This document shows positions 8,781 through 20,330 of a stretch of 64,000 bases of DNA, piece after piece; the first letter of the stretch is position 1; the number at the start of each line of letters is the position of its first letter. The DNA lies in assembly GCA_030603165.1 (NCBI GenBank), contig JAUVYH010000001.1, positions 4,837-68,836 on the forward strand, in the 5' to 3' direction. The notes below the pieces were generated by a model. That model ran no database searches, was not told the origin of the DNA, and saw only the letters and a list, made by a program, of their open reading frames with translations. A program made the position numbers and the translations under genes. The stretch comes from Fidelibacterota bacterium (GTDB lineage: Bacteria; Fidelibacterota; UBA2242).

Positions 8781-10331
8781 ATGTTACGAATTATTTATTA
8801 TTTTCTTATCGCTCTTATGATAGGAATTTCGACAACGGTTCAAGCAGCGGATTTAAATGCTCGTATTAAGATTGATACTGAACGTACGATTGGTGAAATC
8901 AACAAAAACATATATGGCAATTTTGCTGAGCACTTAGGTCGTTGTATATATGGAGGCATTTACGATCCCGGTTCGAAACTCTCTAATAAAATGGGTTTTC
9001 GAAAAGATGTACTGAAAGCAGCCAAAGGTTTGAATGTACCTCTTCTGAGATGGCCGGGAGGGAATTTTGTATCCGGCTATCACTGGGAAGATGGAATTGG
9101 GCCGAAAAAGAATCGTCCGGAAAGAACGGATCTGGCGTGGCATACTCCGGAACCAAACACGTTTGGTACCGATGAGTTCATTGATTTTTGTCGTGCAGTG
9201 GGAACAGAACCGTACTTCGCAGTGAATTTAGGTACAGGTACACTGGATGAGGCCAGAAACTGGGTTGAATACTGTAATGTAAAAGAAGGCCCTTATTATG
9301 CCGAATTGCGAAAGAAGAATGGACATACCAAACCGCATAACGTTATGTACTGGTCATTGGGCAACGAAATGGATGGCTTTTGGCAAATGGGGCACAAAAA
9401 TGCCGATGACTACGGCAAATACGCCCTGGAAGCCGCAAAGCTGATGAAGTGGACTTCCCCGGAAATTAAGCTCATCGCGGCTGGCTCTTCAAATTTTTAT
9501 GGTGGAGCAGATCCGCACGGATGGAATAGAGTTGTGTTGGATTATTTGAAAGATTATGTCGACTACATTGCGCTGCACAAATATGTCGGGAACCGCGATA
9601 ACGACTATTATTCTTTCATGGCATCGACGATGGATATCGATGAACGGACGAGTATTGTTGAAGGTCAAATTAAGGAAGCATTATCCAAATCACGTCGAAA
9701 GACGCCGATCTATGTAGCCTGGGATGAGTATAATGTATGGTATCGGGCTCGTGGTGGAGCAGCGGCGAGAGGGAGAAATGCTCTGGAAGAAAAATACAAT
9801 CTGGAAGATGCGTTGGTTGTCGCGGGTTTCTTAAATGCATTTATCAGAAATGCTCACATTGTTAAAATGGCGAATATGGCTCAGTTGGTGAATGTAATTG
9901 CTCCTATCTTTACCAGTGAAACTGATATGTTCAGACAAACAATCTATTATCCACTCGCTCTTTATGCGAATAATTCGCACGGAACCGCCCTGGACGCTTT
10001 TGTGGATTCGCCAACCTATGATACAGAACAATGGAAACAGGTTCCGTATCTGGATGTATCTGTGGCGTATAACAATGATGAGGTCATTATAAATGTTGTA
10101 AACAGACATCTAGAAGAAAGTATTAATACGGAAATTATTAGCCAAACAGGCGAATTCAGTGGTACATTTTCGGTCTATGAAGTTAATGGCCCCGATGTTA
10201 AGACAGAAAACACATTTGGCAGTGAACCTGTAAAATCTGTTAAAAAACCCGGTATTAAAGTCAAAGGGAATAGTTTCTCTTATGAATTTCCTCCTCATTC
10301 ATATGTGATGATTAAAGGAAAGTTGAAATAA
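8781..10331 (+). CDS. abfA: GH51 alpha-L-arabinofuranosidase (secreted)
   Basis: 'NIYGNFAEHLGRCIYGGIYDPGS', 'LRWPGGNFVSGYHWEDGIGP', acid/base 'WSLGNEMDG', nucleophile region 'AWDEYNVWY'; signal peptide; 516 aa. Confidence 0.88.
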   Translation: MLRIIYYFLIALMIGISTTVQAADLNARIKIDTERTIGEINKNIYGNFAEHLGRCIYGGIYDPGSKLSNKMGFRKDVLKAAKGLNVPLLRWPGGNFVSGYHWEDGIGPKKNRPERTDLAWHTPEPNTFGTDEFIDFCRAVGTEPYFAVNLGTGTLDEARNWVEYCNVKEGPYYAELRKKNGHTKPHNVMYWSLGNEMDGFWQMGHKNADDYGKYALEAAKLMKWTSPEIKLIAAGSSNFYGGADPHGWNRVVLDYLKDYVDYIALHKYVGNRDNDYYSFMASTMDIDERTSIVEGQIKEALSKSRRKTPIYVAWDEYNVWYRARGGAAARGRNALEEKYNLEDALVVAGFLNAFIRNAHIVKMANMAQLVNVIAPIFTSETDMFRQTIYYPLALYANNSHGTALDAFVDSPTYDTEQWKQVPYLDVSVAYNNDEVIINVVNRHLEESINTEIISQTGEFSGTFSVYEVNGPDVKTENTFGSEPVKSVKKPGIKVKGNSFSYEFPPHSYVMIKGKLK

Positions 10332-10514
10332 CTAGATCGGAATAATTAATTTTGCATGAATTCCTGAATCATAAATGAGTGTGACGGGAACTGTATAATT
10401 TAAAAAAGGTGGTTTGCATAAAGCGAAATTCGTTATCTCTACAAAGATGGATTAGTTCTGTGTCAAATTACTTTTAAATTTGTATCAATAGTAGATCAAA
10501 TAAAAAGGAAAAAA

Positions 10515-12104
10515 ATGTATTACAACAAAATTTGGAGAAGGGTATCACTTGTAATGATGTCTAAATGTATGGTTGCTGTTTTATCGATCGTATTGTTTGT
10601 TGGCGTTGTTTCATTGACTGCCGCGGAAAATGTTAACAAATTAATCGTCAATACTGACCAGGGTAAGGAAACGATAAACCGTCACATTTATGGGCATTTT
10701 TCCGAACACCTGGGCCATTGTATTTATGGCGGGTATTGGGTTGGTGAGGATTCAGATATTCCGAATACCAGGGGGATCAGAAATGATGTGGTTGAAGCAT
10801 TGAGAAAAATTAATATTCCTAACCTTCGCTGGCCCGGCGGCTGCTTTGCTGATGAGTACCATTGGATGGATGGTATTGGACCGCGTAACAAACGTCCAAA
10901 AATGATAAATACGCATTGGGGCGGAGTCACTGAAGATAACAGCTTCGGAACCCATGAGTTTTTAGATTTATGCGAACAGTTAGGCACCGAACCTTACATA
11001 TGTGGAAATGTCGGCAGCGGTACTGTCGAAGAAATGTCGAAATGGGTTGAATATCTAAATTCTGATGGCATAAGCCCAATGTCTGATGAGCGAAGGAAAA
11101 ACGGACGGGATAAAGCCTGGGGTGTTAAATATTGGGGTGTTGGAAACGAAAACTGGGGATGTGGCGGAAATATGACCCCTGAGTTTTATGCCGATCAATA
11201 CAAACGGTTTGCCACATATTGCAGAAATTATGGCGACAACCGTTTACTAAAAATTGCCGGTGGGGCAAATACAGATGATTATAACTGGACAGAAGTTTTA
11301 ATGAAGAAAATTACTCCTCGGGGAATGTGGGGACTTTCATTGCATTATTATACAACAAATTGGTGGAATAAGGGATCAGCCACTGAATATGATAAAAAAG
11401 GATACTTTGAGGTGATGGATCGGTGTTTAAATATTTCCAAAGTGATTGACAGGCATATGACAATCATGGATAAATACGATCCTGAAAAAAGAGTAGCCCT
11501 GGTGGTTGATGAATGGGGCACCTGGTTTGATGTTGAACCTGGAACCAATCCGGGATTTTTATTCCAGCAAAACACGATTCGTGATGCGATTGTGGCGGGC
11601 ATTCATTTAAATGAATTCAATAAAAGGTGCGACCGTATTAAAATGGCCAATATTGCCCAAACTATCAATGTGCTTCAGGCATTGATTTTTACAAAAGATG
11701 AAAAAATGTTATTAACACCGACTTACCATGTTTTTGAAATGTACAAGGTTCATCAGGACGCCACTTTACTACCCACTGAGCTGCAGTGCACGGACTATAA
11801 GTTTGGGGATGAAAAACTCCCGGCATTGAATGCCTCGGCATCGAGAGACAAATCAGGGAAGATTCACATATCAATTTGTAATTTGGATCCAAATAAGTCT
11901 GCCAAACTTGATTGCGAATTGCGGGGTATCAAGGCGAAGAAGGTTTCCGGTCGTGTGTTAACCACAGCGGCTATCAATTCACACAATACTTTTGATAACC
12001 CGGATGTAGTTCATCCAACTATTTTTAAGGATGTCAAATTAAAAAGAGGTAAGTTAACCGCAACGCTCCCGGCAAAGTCAGTGGTGGTTTTTGAAATTGA
12101 GTAG
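10515..12104 (+). CDS. abfA: GH51 alpha-L-arabinofuranosidase, second paralog (secreted)
   Basis: '[24 protein letters not shown]', '[20 protein letters not shown]', 'WGVGNENWG', 'VVDEWGTW'; 529 aa. The start may be a downstream Met (MMSK..., 10551). Confidence 0.85.
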   Translation: MYYNKIWRRVSLVMMSKCMVAVLSIVLFVGVVSLTAAENVNKLIVNTDQGKETINRHIYGHFSEHLGHCIYGGYWVGEDSDIPNTRGIRNDVVEALRKINIPNLRWPGGCFADEYHWMDGIGPRNKRPKMINTHWGGVTEDNSFGTHEFLDLCEQLGTEPYICGNVGSGTVEEMSKWVEYLNSDGISPMSDERRKNGRDKAWGVKYWGVGNENWGCGGNMTPEFYADQYKRFATYCRNYGDNRLLKIAGGANTDDYNWTEVLMKKITPRGMWGLSLHYYTTNWWNKGSATEYDKKGYFEVMDRCLNISKVIDRHMTIMDKYDPEKRVALVVDEWGTWFDVEPGTNPGFLFQQNTIRDAIVAGIHLNEFNKRCDRIKMANIAQTINVLQALIFTKDEKMLLTPTYHVFEMYKVHQDATLLPTELQCTDYKFGDEKLPALNASASRDKSGKIHISICNLDPNKSAKLDCELRGIKAKKVSGRVLTTAAINSHNTFDNPDVVHPTIFKDVKLKRGKLTATLPAKSVVVFEIE

Positions 12105-12232
12105 CATTTTGAGTTAATATTAAATTATGGGACAATTTAGTGAATGCACTCTTATGCAAACCCATACAGTAATTAAACAGTAATTTTAATGGTCATTCAT
12201 GTGAATAGTCCATCAACTGTGAAAAGGGAAAA

Positions 12233-13699
12233 ATGATGTGTAATGAGTTTAGGACAAGGTCGTCCCAGATGAAGGCTTATATAAAATTAAGCATTGTTGC
12301 ATATCTGTTATTGTTGATACTGGGTTTAAATTCGTGCGGAAAAGAAGATCCCATTCAAACGAATACAGATCTATATGATCCTGAAATAAATGACGATTAT
12401 AGCAGCATTGCGGAGATTGGCTATTCGAGCTTATGGGGCACCTATAATTTACACGATCCTTCAATTATCAAATTCGATAATATCTATTATATCTTTTCTA
12501 CCGATGTAGCCTATGGACCTAATGGTCGATGCGGTGTGATGTGGCGACAGTCGAATGATCTTGTTCACTGGAGTTTCAATGGCTGGGTATTCAACGGTGT
12601 TCCCAATAATCCTCTTGAATTTATGGAGGCTAATCAACCTGGCTATCGACAACTATCCATTTGGGCGCCTTATATCATAAAATCCGGTGAACAGTTCAGG
12701 CTTTATTATTCAGTACCAGGAAACGATTGGTTTAAGCTGGCATGTATTGGCTTAGCCACGAGTACTTCTTCTCTTGGCCCATGGAATGATGAAGGCATCG
12801 TGATCTCTTGTCTTCCCTCAGATCATTATAATGCCATTGATCCGGCCGTAATAGTTGATCAAGATAATGGCAAACACTGGTTTATATATGGTTCTTACTC
12901 ATCTGGCATATACATAGTTGAATTGGATCCTGCCACAGGCAAAATACTCAAAGCGGGCGATAAGGGGAAACGGATTGCCTACCGGGGAAAAGACCACGAT
13001 GCTATCGAGGGCGGAGAGATCATCTATAACCCGGAGTTTGATGCCTATTACCTTTTTGTTTCGTACGACTGGCTAGAAGACAATTATAATGTGCGTGTAG
13101 GTCGTTCCGACAAGCCTGAAGGTCCGTACCTTGATATCCATGGCAATAATATGGCTGACGTAGGAGATAACTATCCGATGATAACTGCCAAATACCGGTT
13201 TAAGGGACATGCCGGATGGCAGGGAGTCGGGCATTGTGGTCTCCTGAAAGATGGTGACGATTACTTTTTTGTGAGCCAAGGGCGGTTAAGCTCCAATATC
13301 TATCTGATGGTTTTACATGTTCGGCGAATGGTATGGACTCCTGACGGCTGGCCGGTTGTTTCACCAAACAGATATGCAGGAGTGCCGCAAACAGAGATCA
13401 CTACAGATGATATCGTCGGCAAATGGGAACATATCGATCTTGATGAAATTACAACAGTAAATCAGTCAATAGAAATTGAATTACTCAGTGATGGATCTGT
13501 TTCCGGAATCGAAAACTCAAGCTGGGATTATGAAGGCGAGTTGTTAACCCTTTCGTTAAATAACAGAGGAACAATTTATCAAGCCAGGGTTTTTAATGAA
13601 TGGGACTGGGTAAATAAATACCGCACGTTAGTATATACGGGATTAACATCTAATGGACAAGCCGGCTGGGGTAAAAAAATGAGTGAATTTACTCCTTAA
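12233..13699 (+). CDS. GH43 family glycoside hydrolase (arabinanase/arabinofuranosidase-type) lipoprotein
   Basis: 'YNLHDPSIIKFDNIYYIFSTD', 'WAPYIIKSGEQFRLYYS', 'DPAVIVDQDNGKHWFIYGSY' five-bladed propeller motifs; lipobox 'LNSCG'. The likely true start is Met at 12269. Confidence 0.8.
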   Translation: MMCNEFRTRSSQMKAYIKLSIVAYLLLLILGLNSCGKEDPIQTNTDLYDPEINDDYSSIAEIGYSSLWGTYNLHDPSIIKFDNIYYIFSTDVAYGPNGRCGVMWRQSNDLVHWSFNGWVFNGVPNNPLEFMEANQPGYRQLSIWAPYIIKSGEQFRLYYSVPGNDWFKLACIGLATSTSSLGPWNDEGIVISCLPSDHYNAIDPAVIVDQDNGKHWFIYGSYSSGIYIVELDPATGKILKAGDKGKRIAYRGKDHDAIEGGEIIYNPEFDAYYLFVSYDWLEDNYNVRVGRSDKPEGPYLDIHGNNMADVGDNYPMITAKYRFKGHAGWQGVGHCGLLKDGDDYFFVSQGRLSSNIYLMVLHVRRMVWTPDGWPVVSPNRYAGVPQTEITTDDIVGKWEHIDLDEITTVNQSIEIELLSDGSVSGIENSSWDYEGELLTLSLNNRGTIYQARVFNEWDWVNKYRTLVYTGLTSNGQAGWGKKMSEFTP

Positions 13700-13710
13700 A
13701 AAAGCGAAAA

Positions 13711-16317
13711 GTGAAATTGAAAAAATCAGAAAGAGATACTCGGACGAAAAGGGAAGATACCCTATCCGAATCTAAGAAACTTACCGGATGCCGCAAATGG
13801 TTTTTCTTTTTTGTGCTAACAGTGATTATACCCGCATTATTATTTTTACTTCTTGAGATCAGTCTAAGAATTATCGGGTATGGATACCCTACAGATTTTT
13901 TCATACCAAGACAGGTTGAAGGCAATCAAGTTTTCACTGACAATATGAAATTTACCTGGCGATTCTTCCGCCCGGAGCTGGCTCGTCCCTCCTGTCGTTT
14001 AGTCATACCTGCCGAGAAATCGTCCGATACTTTTCGAATATTTGTGCTTGGCGGGTCTGCTGCTATGGGAGATCCGGACTTTTCGTTTGGCTTTAGCCGG
14101 ATACTTGAGACTATGCTGCAGCATCAGTATCCCGACGTGCGATTTGAAGTAATCAATGCAGCTGTAACAGCCATTAATAGCAACGTTGTCTTGCCTATCT
14201 CCCGGGATTGCGCAAAGCTCCAACCTGATTTGTTTATCATTTACCTCGGAAATAACGAGGTGATTGGACCTTATGGACCAGGAACTGTATTTGCGCCATT
14301 TTCGTCAAATCTGGGTTTAATTCGGGCTAATATTTTTTTGAAGTCTACGAAGATTGGGCAATTACTGAATAGCTTAAGGCAGCAATTGGACACGGATGAA
14401 GATAACATGCAGACATGGGGTGGGGTGGACATGTTTGTCAAAAACCGATTGCGTTTCAATGATACGCGCATGGCGGCGGTGTATGAGCATTTTCGTGGCA
14501 ACCTTATAGATATATGCAAGACTGGACAGCGAGCCGGCGCTAAGGTCGTTGTCTGTACTGTGCCCACTAATTTAAAAAATTGCGCCCCTTTTGGTTCACT
14601 GCATCGTCGGGATTTGATTTATGCTTCAATAAGCGAGTGGAATGCGATTTACGACACCGGTATTGCTTTAGAGTCATCTGGCAAATATGAAGAGGCTATA
14701 GAGTATTATTTGAGGGCCGCCGGTATTGATGATGAATTTGCTGATTTACAGTTTCGTTTAGCCAGGTGTTACTGGAAATTAGGACAATATGGTGAAGCCC
14801 ACAAGCATTTCATTATAGCACGGGATCTGGACGCATTGAGATTTCGTGCTGATACTCAAATCAATGAAATAATCAGAAATGTTGCTGCTGACTGTAGCAG
14901 TGAAGGCGTGTCTCTTGTAGACGCGGAAAAAGTTTTTCAAGCGGACAACTCTCATGGGAGCCCGGTCGATGATCTCTTTTATGATCATGTACACATGAAT
15001 TTTAGCGGCAACTTTCTTCTTGCCCGGCTTGTTAAGGAACAGGTTGAAAATGTCTTTGGGATGGAAAGCCGGGGCAATACTCTTTCCCAGGTAGAATGTG
15101 CCGGACGTCTGGCGTTTACGCCCCGGGATAGTTACCGTATTCAAAAGGAGATCCTTGGAAGAATGAAGTCCCCGGCGTTCGCAAATCAGATTGACAATGC
15201 CGAATCAGTACGACATTTAGAAGCGAAACTGGACAGCATGAGAACATACTTAAAACAGGATGCGTTGACCCAAGCGGTTGAAAACTACCGCCGGGCTATA
15301 GAGATAAACGAGCAGGATTGGGTAGTGCGGAATAACTTTGGGTTGCTGCTTTTGGAAGCCGGCGGCGATCCTATTGGTGCGGCTGAACAGTTCCGTTCTG
15401 TCCTGCGTGTTTTCCCTGATGACTATTTGTCCCATAACAATCTGGGACTGGCATTCGAACAGCAGGGTAAAATAGATGAGGCAGTTGCCTGCTACGAGGA
15501 GGCATTACTAATCAAACCCAACTTTCCGAAAGCCAACTTTAATCTGGGAAAAGTTCTGGAACGTCAGGGTAAATATAAAGAGGCTATCAGGCATTACTAT
15601 CTGGCACATCTGCCGACACAAGGCTTGGCGGATGCGCACAATAGGTATGGCAAAAAGCTTGCGAACGATGGTAAGATGGATCAGGCCGTCAGCCAGTTTG
15701 AAGAGGCCATCAGACTTTGGCCCGACTCACCGAATGTACATCGTAATCTGGGGAATGTATTTGCACAGACGGGGAAAACAGATTTAGCGATTCAGCACTT
15801 TTCAGAAGCGGTGAGAATCATGCCTGAATTGGCAGCGGCGCATATAGACTTTGCGTCACTGCTCTTCATGCAGGGAGATTATGGAAATGCTATCGAGCAT
15901 TACAATAAAGTACTTCAGCTTAGACCTGACCTTCCTGAGGTACACAATAATCTGGGATTGGCTCTTTGCAAACAGGGAGAATTCGAGAAGGCAATTAAGC
16001 ATTTTCAAAAAGCGCTATTAGTCAGGAAGGATTTTCTCGCTGCCCGCAACAACATGGCCGGGGCGCTAAGCCAATTAGGGAGGAGTGAAGAAGCAATCAC
16101 TCAACTGAAAGAGGCACTGCGGATAAACTCAGACAATCCAGATTTCCATAACAATATTGGGGTTGAGTTGTTGAAACTTGGCAAGATCGAACAGTCCATT
16201 ACTCATTTTGAAAAGGCGTTACAGTTAAATCCCAAATTAAAAAGTGCACAGAATAACTTGGAATATGCTTTATCTCAGCTAAAAGATAGCGACAATGAGA
16301 AGCTATCTAAAGAATAG
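13711..16317 (+). CDS. Membrane-anchored SGNH/GDSL-hydrolase-like domain fused to a long TPR-repeat array (868 aa)
   Basis: GTG start; one TM helix; putative SGNH blocks 'FVLGGSAAMG', 'IIYLGNNEV', 'YDHVHMN' (DxxH); >=10 TPR units in the C-terminal half (e.g. 'AIEHYNKVLQLRPDLPEVHNNLGLAL'). Confidence 0.6.
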   Translation: MKLKKSERDTRTKREDTLSESKKLTGCRKWFFFFVLTVIIPALLFLLLEISLRIIGYGYPTDFFIPRQVEGNQVFTDNMKFTWRFFRPELARPSCRLVIPAEKSSDTFRIFVLGGSAAMGDPDFSFGFSRILETMLQHQYPDVRFEVINAAVTAINSNVVLPISRDCAKLQPDLFIIYLGNNEVIGPYGPGTVFAPFSSNLGLIRANIFLKSTKIGQLLNSLRQQLDTDEDNMQTWGGVDMFVKNRLRFNDTRMAAVYEHFRGNLIDICKTGQRAGAKVVVCTVPTNLKNCAPFGSLHRRDLIYASISEWNAIYDTGIALESSGKYEEAIEYYLRAAGIDDEFADLQFRLARCYWKLGQYGEAHKHFIIARDLDALRFRADTQINEIIRNVAADCSSEGVSLVDAEKVFQADNSHGSPVDDLFYDHVHMNFSGNFLLARLVKEQVENVFGMESRGNTLSQVECAGRLAFTPRDSYRIQKEILGRMKSPAFANQIDNAESVRHLEAKLDSMRTYLKQDALTQAVENYRRAIEINEQDWVVRNNFGLLLLEAGGDPIGAAEQFRSVLRVFPDDYLSHNNLGLAFEQQGKIDEAVACYEEALLIKPNFPKANFNLGKVLERQGKYKEAIRHYYLAHLPTQGLADAHNRYGKKLANDGKMDQAVSQFEEAIRLWPDSPNVHRNLGNVFAQTGKTDLAIQHFSEAVRIMPELAAAHIDFASLLFMQGDYGNAIEHYNKVLQLRPDLPEVHNNLGLALCKQGEFEKAIKHFQKALLVRKDFLAARNNMAGALSQLGRSEEAITQLKEALRINSDNPDFHNNIGVELLKLGKIEQSITHFEKALQLNPKLKSAQNNLEYALSQLKDSDNEKLSKE

Positions 16318-16379
16318 TATTAGACGAGAGGATTCGTGCAAATAACATTAACCTTTGGTGACCTAAATAGAATATTAAG

Positions 16380-18392
16380 GTGGATAAAATGAATCGTCAA
16401 CTTTTTAATCACATCTCGAGATTATTGTGTATATTTTTAGCGATAGTCACGATGTCTTGTAAACCAGCAGAAAATGCTAAGTTAAGAACAGGCTATCCCA
16501 TCACTCCCGTCTCATTTACCGACGTTGAATTATCAGATAATTTCTGGTCCGAGCGCATTAAAACCAACCGGGATGTCACGATTCCCTTTGGTTTTAAAAA
16601 ATGCGAAGAAGAAGGACGGATTCGAAATTTTGCCAGAGCCGGCGGATTACTCGAAGGCGAATATGAAGGGAAAATGCCATTCGATGATACAGATGTTTAT
16701 AAAATCATAGAAGGTGCTTCATATTCTTTGACGACAAATCCGGATAAAGAATTAGAAAAATATATCGATGATATTATCGAAAAAATTGCTGCAGCTCAGG
16801 AACACGACGGTTACCTGTGTACCTGGAAAACTTTAGCTCCCGATACAACTCCCGCACCTTGGGTTAAACCAGGACCACGCTGGCATCATTTGGGAGCCAG
16901 TCATGAATTATACAATGCGGGTCATATGTATGAGTCTGCTTTTGCTCATTATCGGGCAATGGGCAAGAGAAATTTTTTAAACATTGCTTTGAAGAACGCC
17001 GATTTAATTGCAGAAGTATTCGGTCCCGGGAAAAAGCTCGATCCGCCGGGGCATCAGATCATTGAAACGGGACTCGTTAAATTATACAGGATAACCCAGG
17101 ATAAAAAGTATCTCGATTTAGCGAAGTTCTTTTTGGACCAACGCGGCAATGCAGAAGGTCATAAGCTTCATGGACCTTATAGTCAGGATCATCAGCCGGT
17201 CATTGAACAGAAAGAGGCTGTTGGACACGCTGTACGTGCAGCTTATATGTATGCCGGAATGACCGATATCGCTGCTATGATGCAAGATTTATCCTATCTG
17301 AAAGCTGTTGACAACATTTGGGAAAATGTAGTATCGAAAAAAATATATATTACCGGAGGAATTGGTGCACGTCATGGTGGCGAGTCATTTGGTGATAATT
17401 ATGAGTTACCTAATCTAACTGCCTATAATGAAACCTGTGCAGCCATTGGAAATATTTATTGGAATCATCGGATGTTTTTGTTGCATGGAGATGCCAAATA
17501 TATTGACATTTTGGAACGTACGCTCTACAATGGCGTGATTTCGGGGGTGTCTCTGGAAGGGAATTCATTTTTTTATCCCAATTGTCTGGAATCTGACGGA
17601 AAATACGCATTCAATATGGGTGCCTTAACCCGTCAACCCTGGTTTGATTGTTCTTGCTGCCCTTCAAACATTATTCGTTTTATGCCGTCCGTACCGAATT
17701 ATATATATGCGCACCGAGATGATTCGATTTTTGTTAATCTTTTTATTTCCGGAAAAACCAGAATTGATATAGATAAATCAACTGTTGAAATCTGTCAAAA
17801 AACTGACTATCCTTGGGATGGAAAAGTTATTTTAAAAATTAATCCTAAGGAGGATAAGAAATTTGCAATAAATATCCGCATCCCCGGATGGGCACGGAAT
17901 CAACCGGTGCCAAGCGATCTATATAGATATCTGGTTACAAACAAGGAGAAGGTTACACTTAAAGTCAATGGTAATTACATTGATTTAAATATGGAGAAGG
18001 GTTATGCTCGCATTTGTAGAAAATGGCAAAAGGAAGATATAATTGAGCTAAATTTACCTATGCCGGTTAGACGTGTATTGGCTTGTGAGAGAGTAAAGAA
18101 TGATCTGGGAAGGGTGGCACTTGAGCGCGGTCCAATTGTTTATTGTGCTGAATGGCCTGACAACGGGGGCAAAGTTTTAGATATTCTATTGAGGGATTAT
18201 ATGCCTCTTAAGGTCGAATACCGGGGTGACATGTTGGGAGGAATTGCTGTAATTACAGGCGAGGTCATCCATTTGGATTCTACAAGAAGTGTCAGGAAGG
18301 GCACGACTAAAAGTTTTATGGCAATACCATACTATTCCTGGGCCCACCGCGGGGTGGGTGAAATGTCTGTTTGGCTAAAACATGATCAATAA
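16380..18392 (+). CDS. GH127 beta-L-arabinofuranosidase (HypBA1/DUF1680 family) lipoprotein
   Basis: 'NETCAAIGNIYWNHRMF' (E-x-C) and 'CSCCPSN' give the Cys3-Glu zinc/catalytic-Cys pattern of GH127; lipobox 'TMSC'; 670 aa. Confidence 0.8.
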   Translation: MDKMNRQLFNHISRLLCIFLAIVTMSCKPAENAKLRTGYPITPVSFTDVELSDNFWSERIKTNRDVTIPFGFKKCEEEGRIRNFARAGGLLEGEYEGKMPFDDTDVYKIIEGASYSLTTNPDKELEKYIDDIIEKIAAAQEHDGYLCTWKTLAPDTTPAPWVKPGPRWHHLGASHELYNAGHMYESAFAHYRAMGKRNFLNIALKNADLIAEVFGPGKKLDPPGHQIIETGLVKLYRITQDKKYLDLAKFFLDQRGNAEGHKLHGPYSQDHQPVIEQKEAVGHAVRAAYMYAGMTDIAAMMQDLSYLKAVDNIWENVVSKKIYITGGIGARHGGESFGDNYELPNLTAYNETCAAIGNIYWNHRMFLLHGDAKYIDILERTLYNGVISGVSLEGNSFFYPNCLESDGKYAFNMGALTRQPWFDCSCCPSNIIRFMPSVPNYIYAHRDDSIFVNLFISGKTRIDIDKSTVEICQKTDYPWDGKVILKINPKEDKKFAINIRIPGWARNQPVPSDLYRYLVTNKEKVTLKVNGNYIDLNMEKGYARICRKWQKEDIIELNLPMPVRRVLACERVKNDLGRVALERGPIVYCAEWPDNGGKVLDILLRDYMPLKVEYRGDMLGGIAVITGEVIHLDSTRSVRKGTTKSFMAIPYYSWAHRGVGEMSVWLKHDQ

Positions 18393-18518
18393 TCAAAAAT
18401 GATAATGTATGGAAAATGAAGCATAAACGGCTATATCGTTTTATGAATTGGAATAAATGTTACAAGGCAAATAATTCTGAAAGACAAATCAATTTATAGT
18501 AGGAGAAAAAGGCTAAAG

Positions 18519-20330
18519 ATGTATATACTTGGGATTTCAGCATATTACCATGATAGCGCCGCATGTTTATTAAAAAACGGAGTAATTCTAGCGGCGGCTC
18601 AAGAGGAAAGATTTACTCGCATTAAACATGATCACGCATTCCCTGACAACGCAATAAATTTTTGCCTTAGCAAGGAGAACATACATCCCGAGAATTTGGA
18701 TTTCATTGTATTTTATGATAAACCAATTTTAAAATTTGAAAGAATTTTATATACATATCTTCAGTTTGCTCCTTCCGGAATTAGGTCTTTCATTAAAGCA
18801 ATTCCATTATGGTTAAAGAAAAAAATATGGATTAAAGAGTATATAAGAGATAGCCTTAAATATTCCGGTGAAATCTTTTTTTGCGAGCATCATCAATCAC
18901 ATGCTGCATCAGCATTTTTTCCTTCTCCATTTCAAGAAGCCGCCTTTTTAACAATGGACGGGGTTGGAGAATGGGCTACCACAAGTTTTGGATATGGTCA
19001 TGATAATCAAATAGAAATTTTAGGAGACTTATATTTTCCCCATTCATTAGGCTTGCTATATTCTGCATTTACATATTTTACTGGGTTTAAAGTCAACTCA
19101 GGGGAATATAAGTTAATGGGACTTGCTCCGTACGGAGAACCTAAATATGTTGATACAATATTTAGTGAACTTATTGACTTGAAAGAAGACGGTTCCTTTA
19201 AACTAAATATGAAATATTTTGATTATTGTGCAGGCTTAACAATGACGAATAGGCGTTTTGAAAAGATATTCGATGGTCCACCTCGCAAGCCTGAAACTAA
19301 AATTACACAACGCGAGATGAATTTGGCAAATTCTATTCAAAAAGCTACAGAAGAAGTAGTTTTAAAAATGGCTGTGCATGTTCGCAAGGAAACCGGAATG
19401 AAAAATTTATGTCTTGCCGGTGGTGTTGCCCTAAATTGTGTTGCAAATGGGGAATTATTAAAAAAGCAATTGTTTGATAATATTTGGATTCAACCTGCTG
19501 CTGGCGATGCCGGAGGTGCTTTGGGAGCAGCAATGTATATATGGTATCAATATTTAAAACATAGACGGACAAGTGATGAAAAAAATGATAAAATGCAGGT
19601 GGCATATTTAGGACCAAGATATAGCGATGATGAAATTAAGAACTTTCTTGAAAAAAATAATATAGTTTATAAAAAATATTCTGATGACAGACTTTTTGAT
19701 ATTATTGCAGAGTTAATTGCGAATGAGAAAGTTATTGGGTGGTTTCAAGGGCGTATGGAATTTGGGCCAAGAGCCCTAGGCTCACGCTCAATAATAGGAG
19801 ACGCGCGCTCAGCTATGATACAGAAAAAATTGAATTTGATTAAATTTCGTGAGAGTTTTCGTCCTTTTGCAGCTTCAATTTTATTGGCTTATACATCAGA
19901 ATATTTTGATAATAATTCTGAAAGCCCTTATATGTTATTAGTATATAATCTAAAGAAAAAACATAGATTGCTTATATCAGGCAATAAACAATATACTGGT
20001 TTTAACAAATTAAATGTGGTTAGATCAGATTTGCCTGCAATTACACATGTTGACTATTCTTCCAGGATTCAGACTGTAAATGAAGAAACAAATCTTCGAT
20101 TCTACAAATTAATTGAAAAATTCAATAATAAATATAATTGTCCAGTTATTTTAAATACCTCTTTTAATGTCCGAGGAGAACCGATAGTATGCAGCCCTGT
20201 AGATGCATTTACATGTTTCGCAAATACTAATATGGATTATTTAGTGTTAGAAAATTATTTTATAGATAAAAAACAGCAGAATTATTTACCTAAATCAATA
20301 AAATATAAAAGAAAATTTGAGTTGGATTAA
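18519..20330 (+). CDS. Carbamoyltransferase (NodU/CmcH/SxtI family)
   Basis: N-terminus 'MYILGISAYYHDSAACLLKNGVILAAAQEERFTRIKHDHAFP' and 603-aa length are typical of NodU-family O-carbamoyltransferases. The stop overlaps the start of the next gene (taATGctaATG). Confidence 0.8.
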   Translation: MYILGISAYYHDSAACLLKNGVILAAAQEERFTRIKHDHAFPDNAINFCLSKENIHPENLDFIVFYDKPILKFERILYTYLQFAPSGIRSFIKAIPLWLKKKIWIKEYIRDSLKYSGEIFFCEHHQSHAASAFFPSPFQEAAFLTMDGVGEWATTSFGYGHDNQIEILGDLYFPHSLGLLYSAFTYFTGFKVNSGEYKLMGLAPYGEPKYVDTIFSELIDLKEDGSFKLNMKYFDYCAGLTMTNRRFEKIFDGPPRKPETKITQREMNLANSIQKATEEVVLKMAVHVRKETGMKNLCLAGGVALNCVANGELLKKQLFDNIWIQPAAGDAGGALGAAMYIWYQYLKHRRTSDEKNDKMQVAYLGPRYSDDEIKNFLEKNNIVYKKYSDDRLFDIIAELIANEKVIGWFQGRMEFGPRALGSRSIIGDARSAMIQKKLNLIKFRESFRPFAASILLAYTSEYFDNNSESPYMLLVYNLKKKHRLLISGNKQYTGFNKLNVVRSDLPAITHVDYSSRIQTVNEETNLRFYKLIEKFNNKYNCPVILNTSFNVRGEPIVCSPVDAFTCFANTNMDYLVLENYFIDKKQQNYLPKSIKYKRKFELD

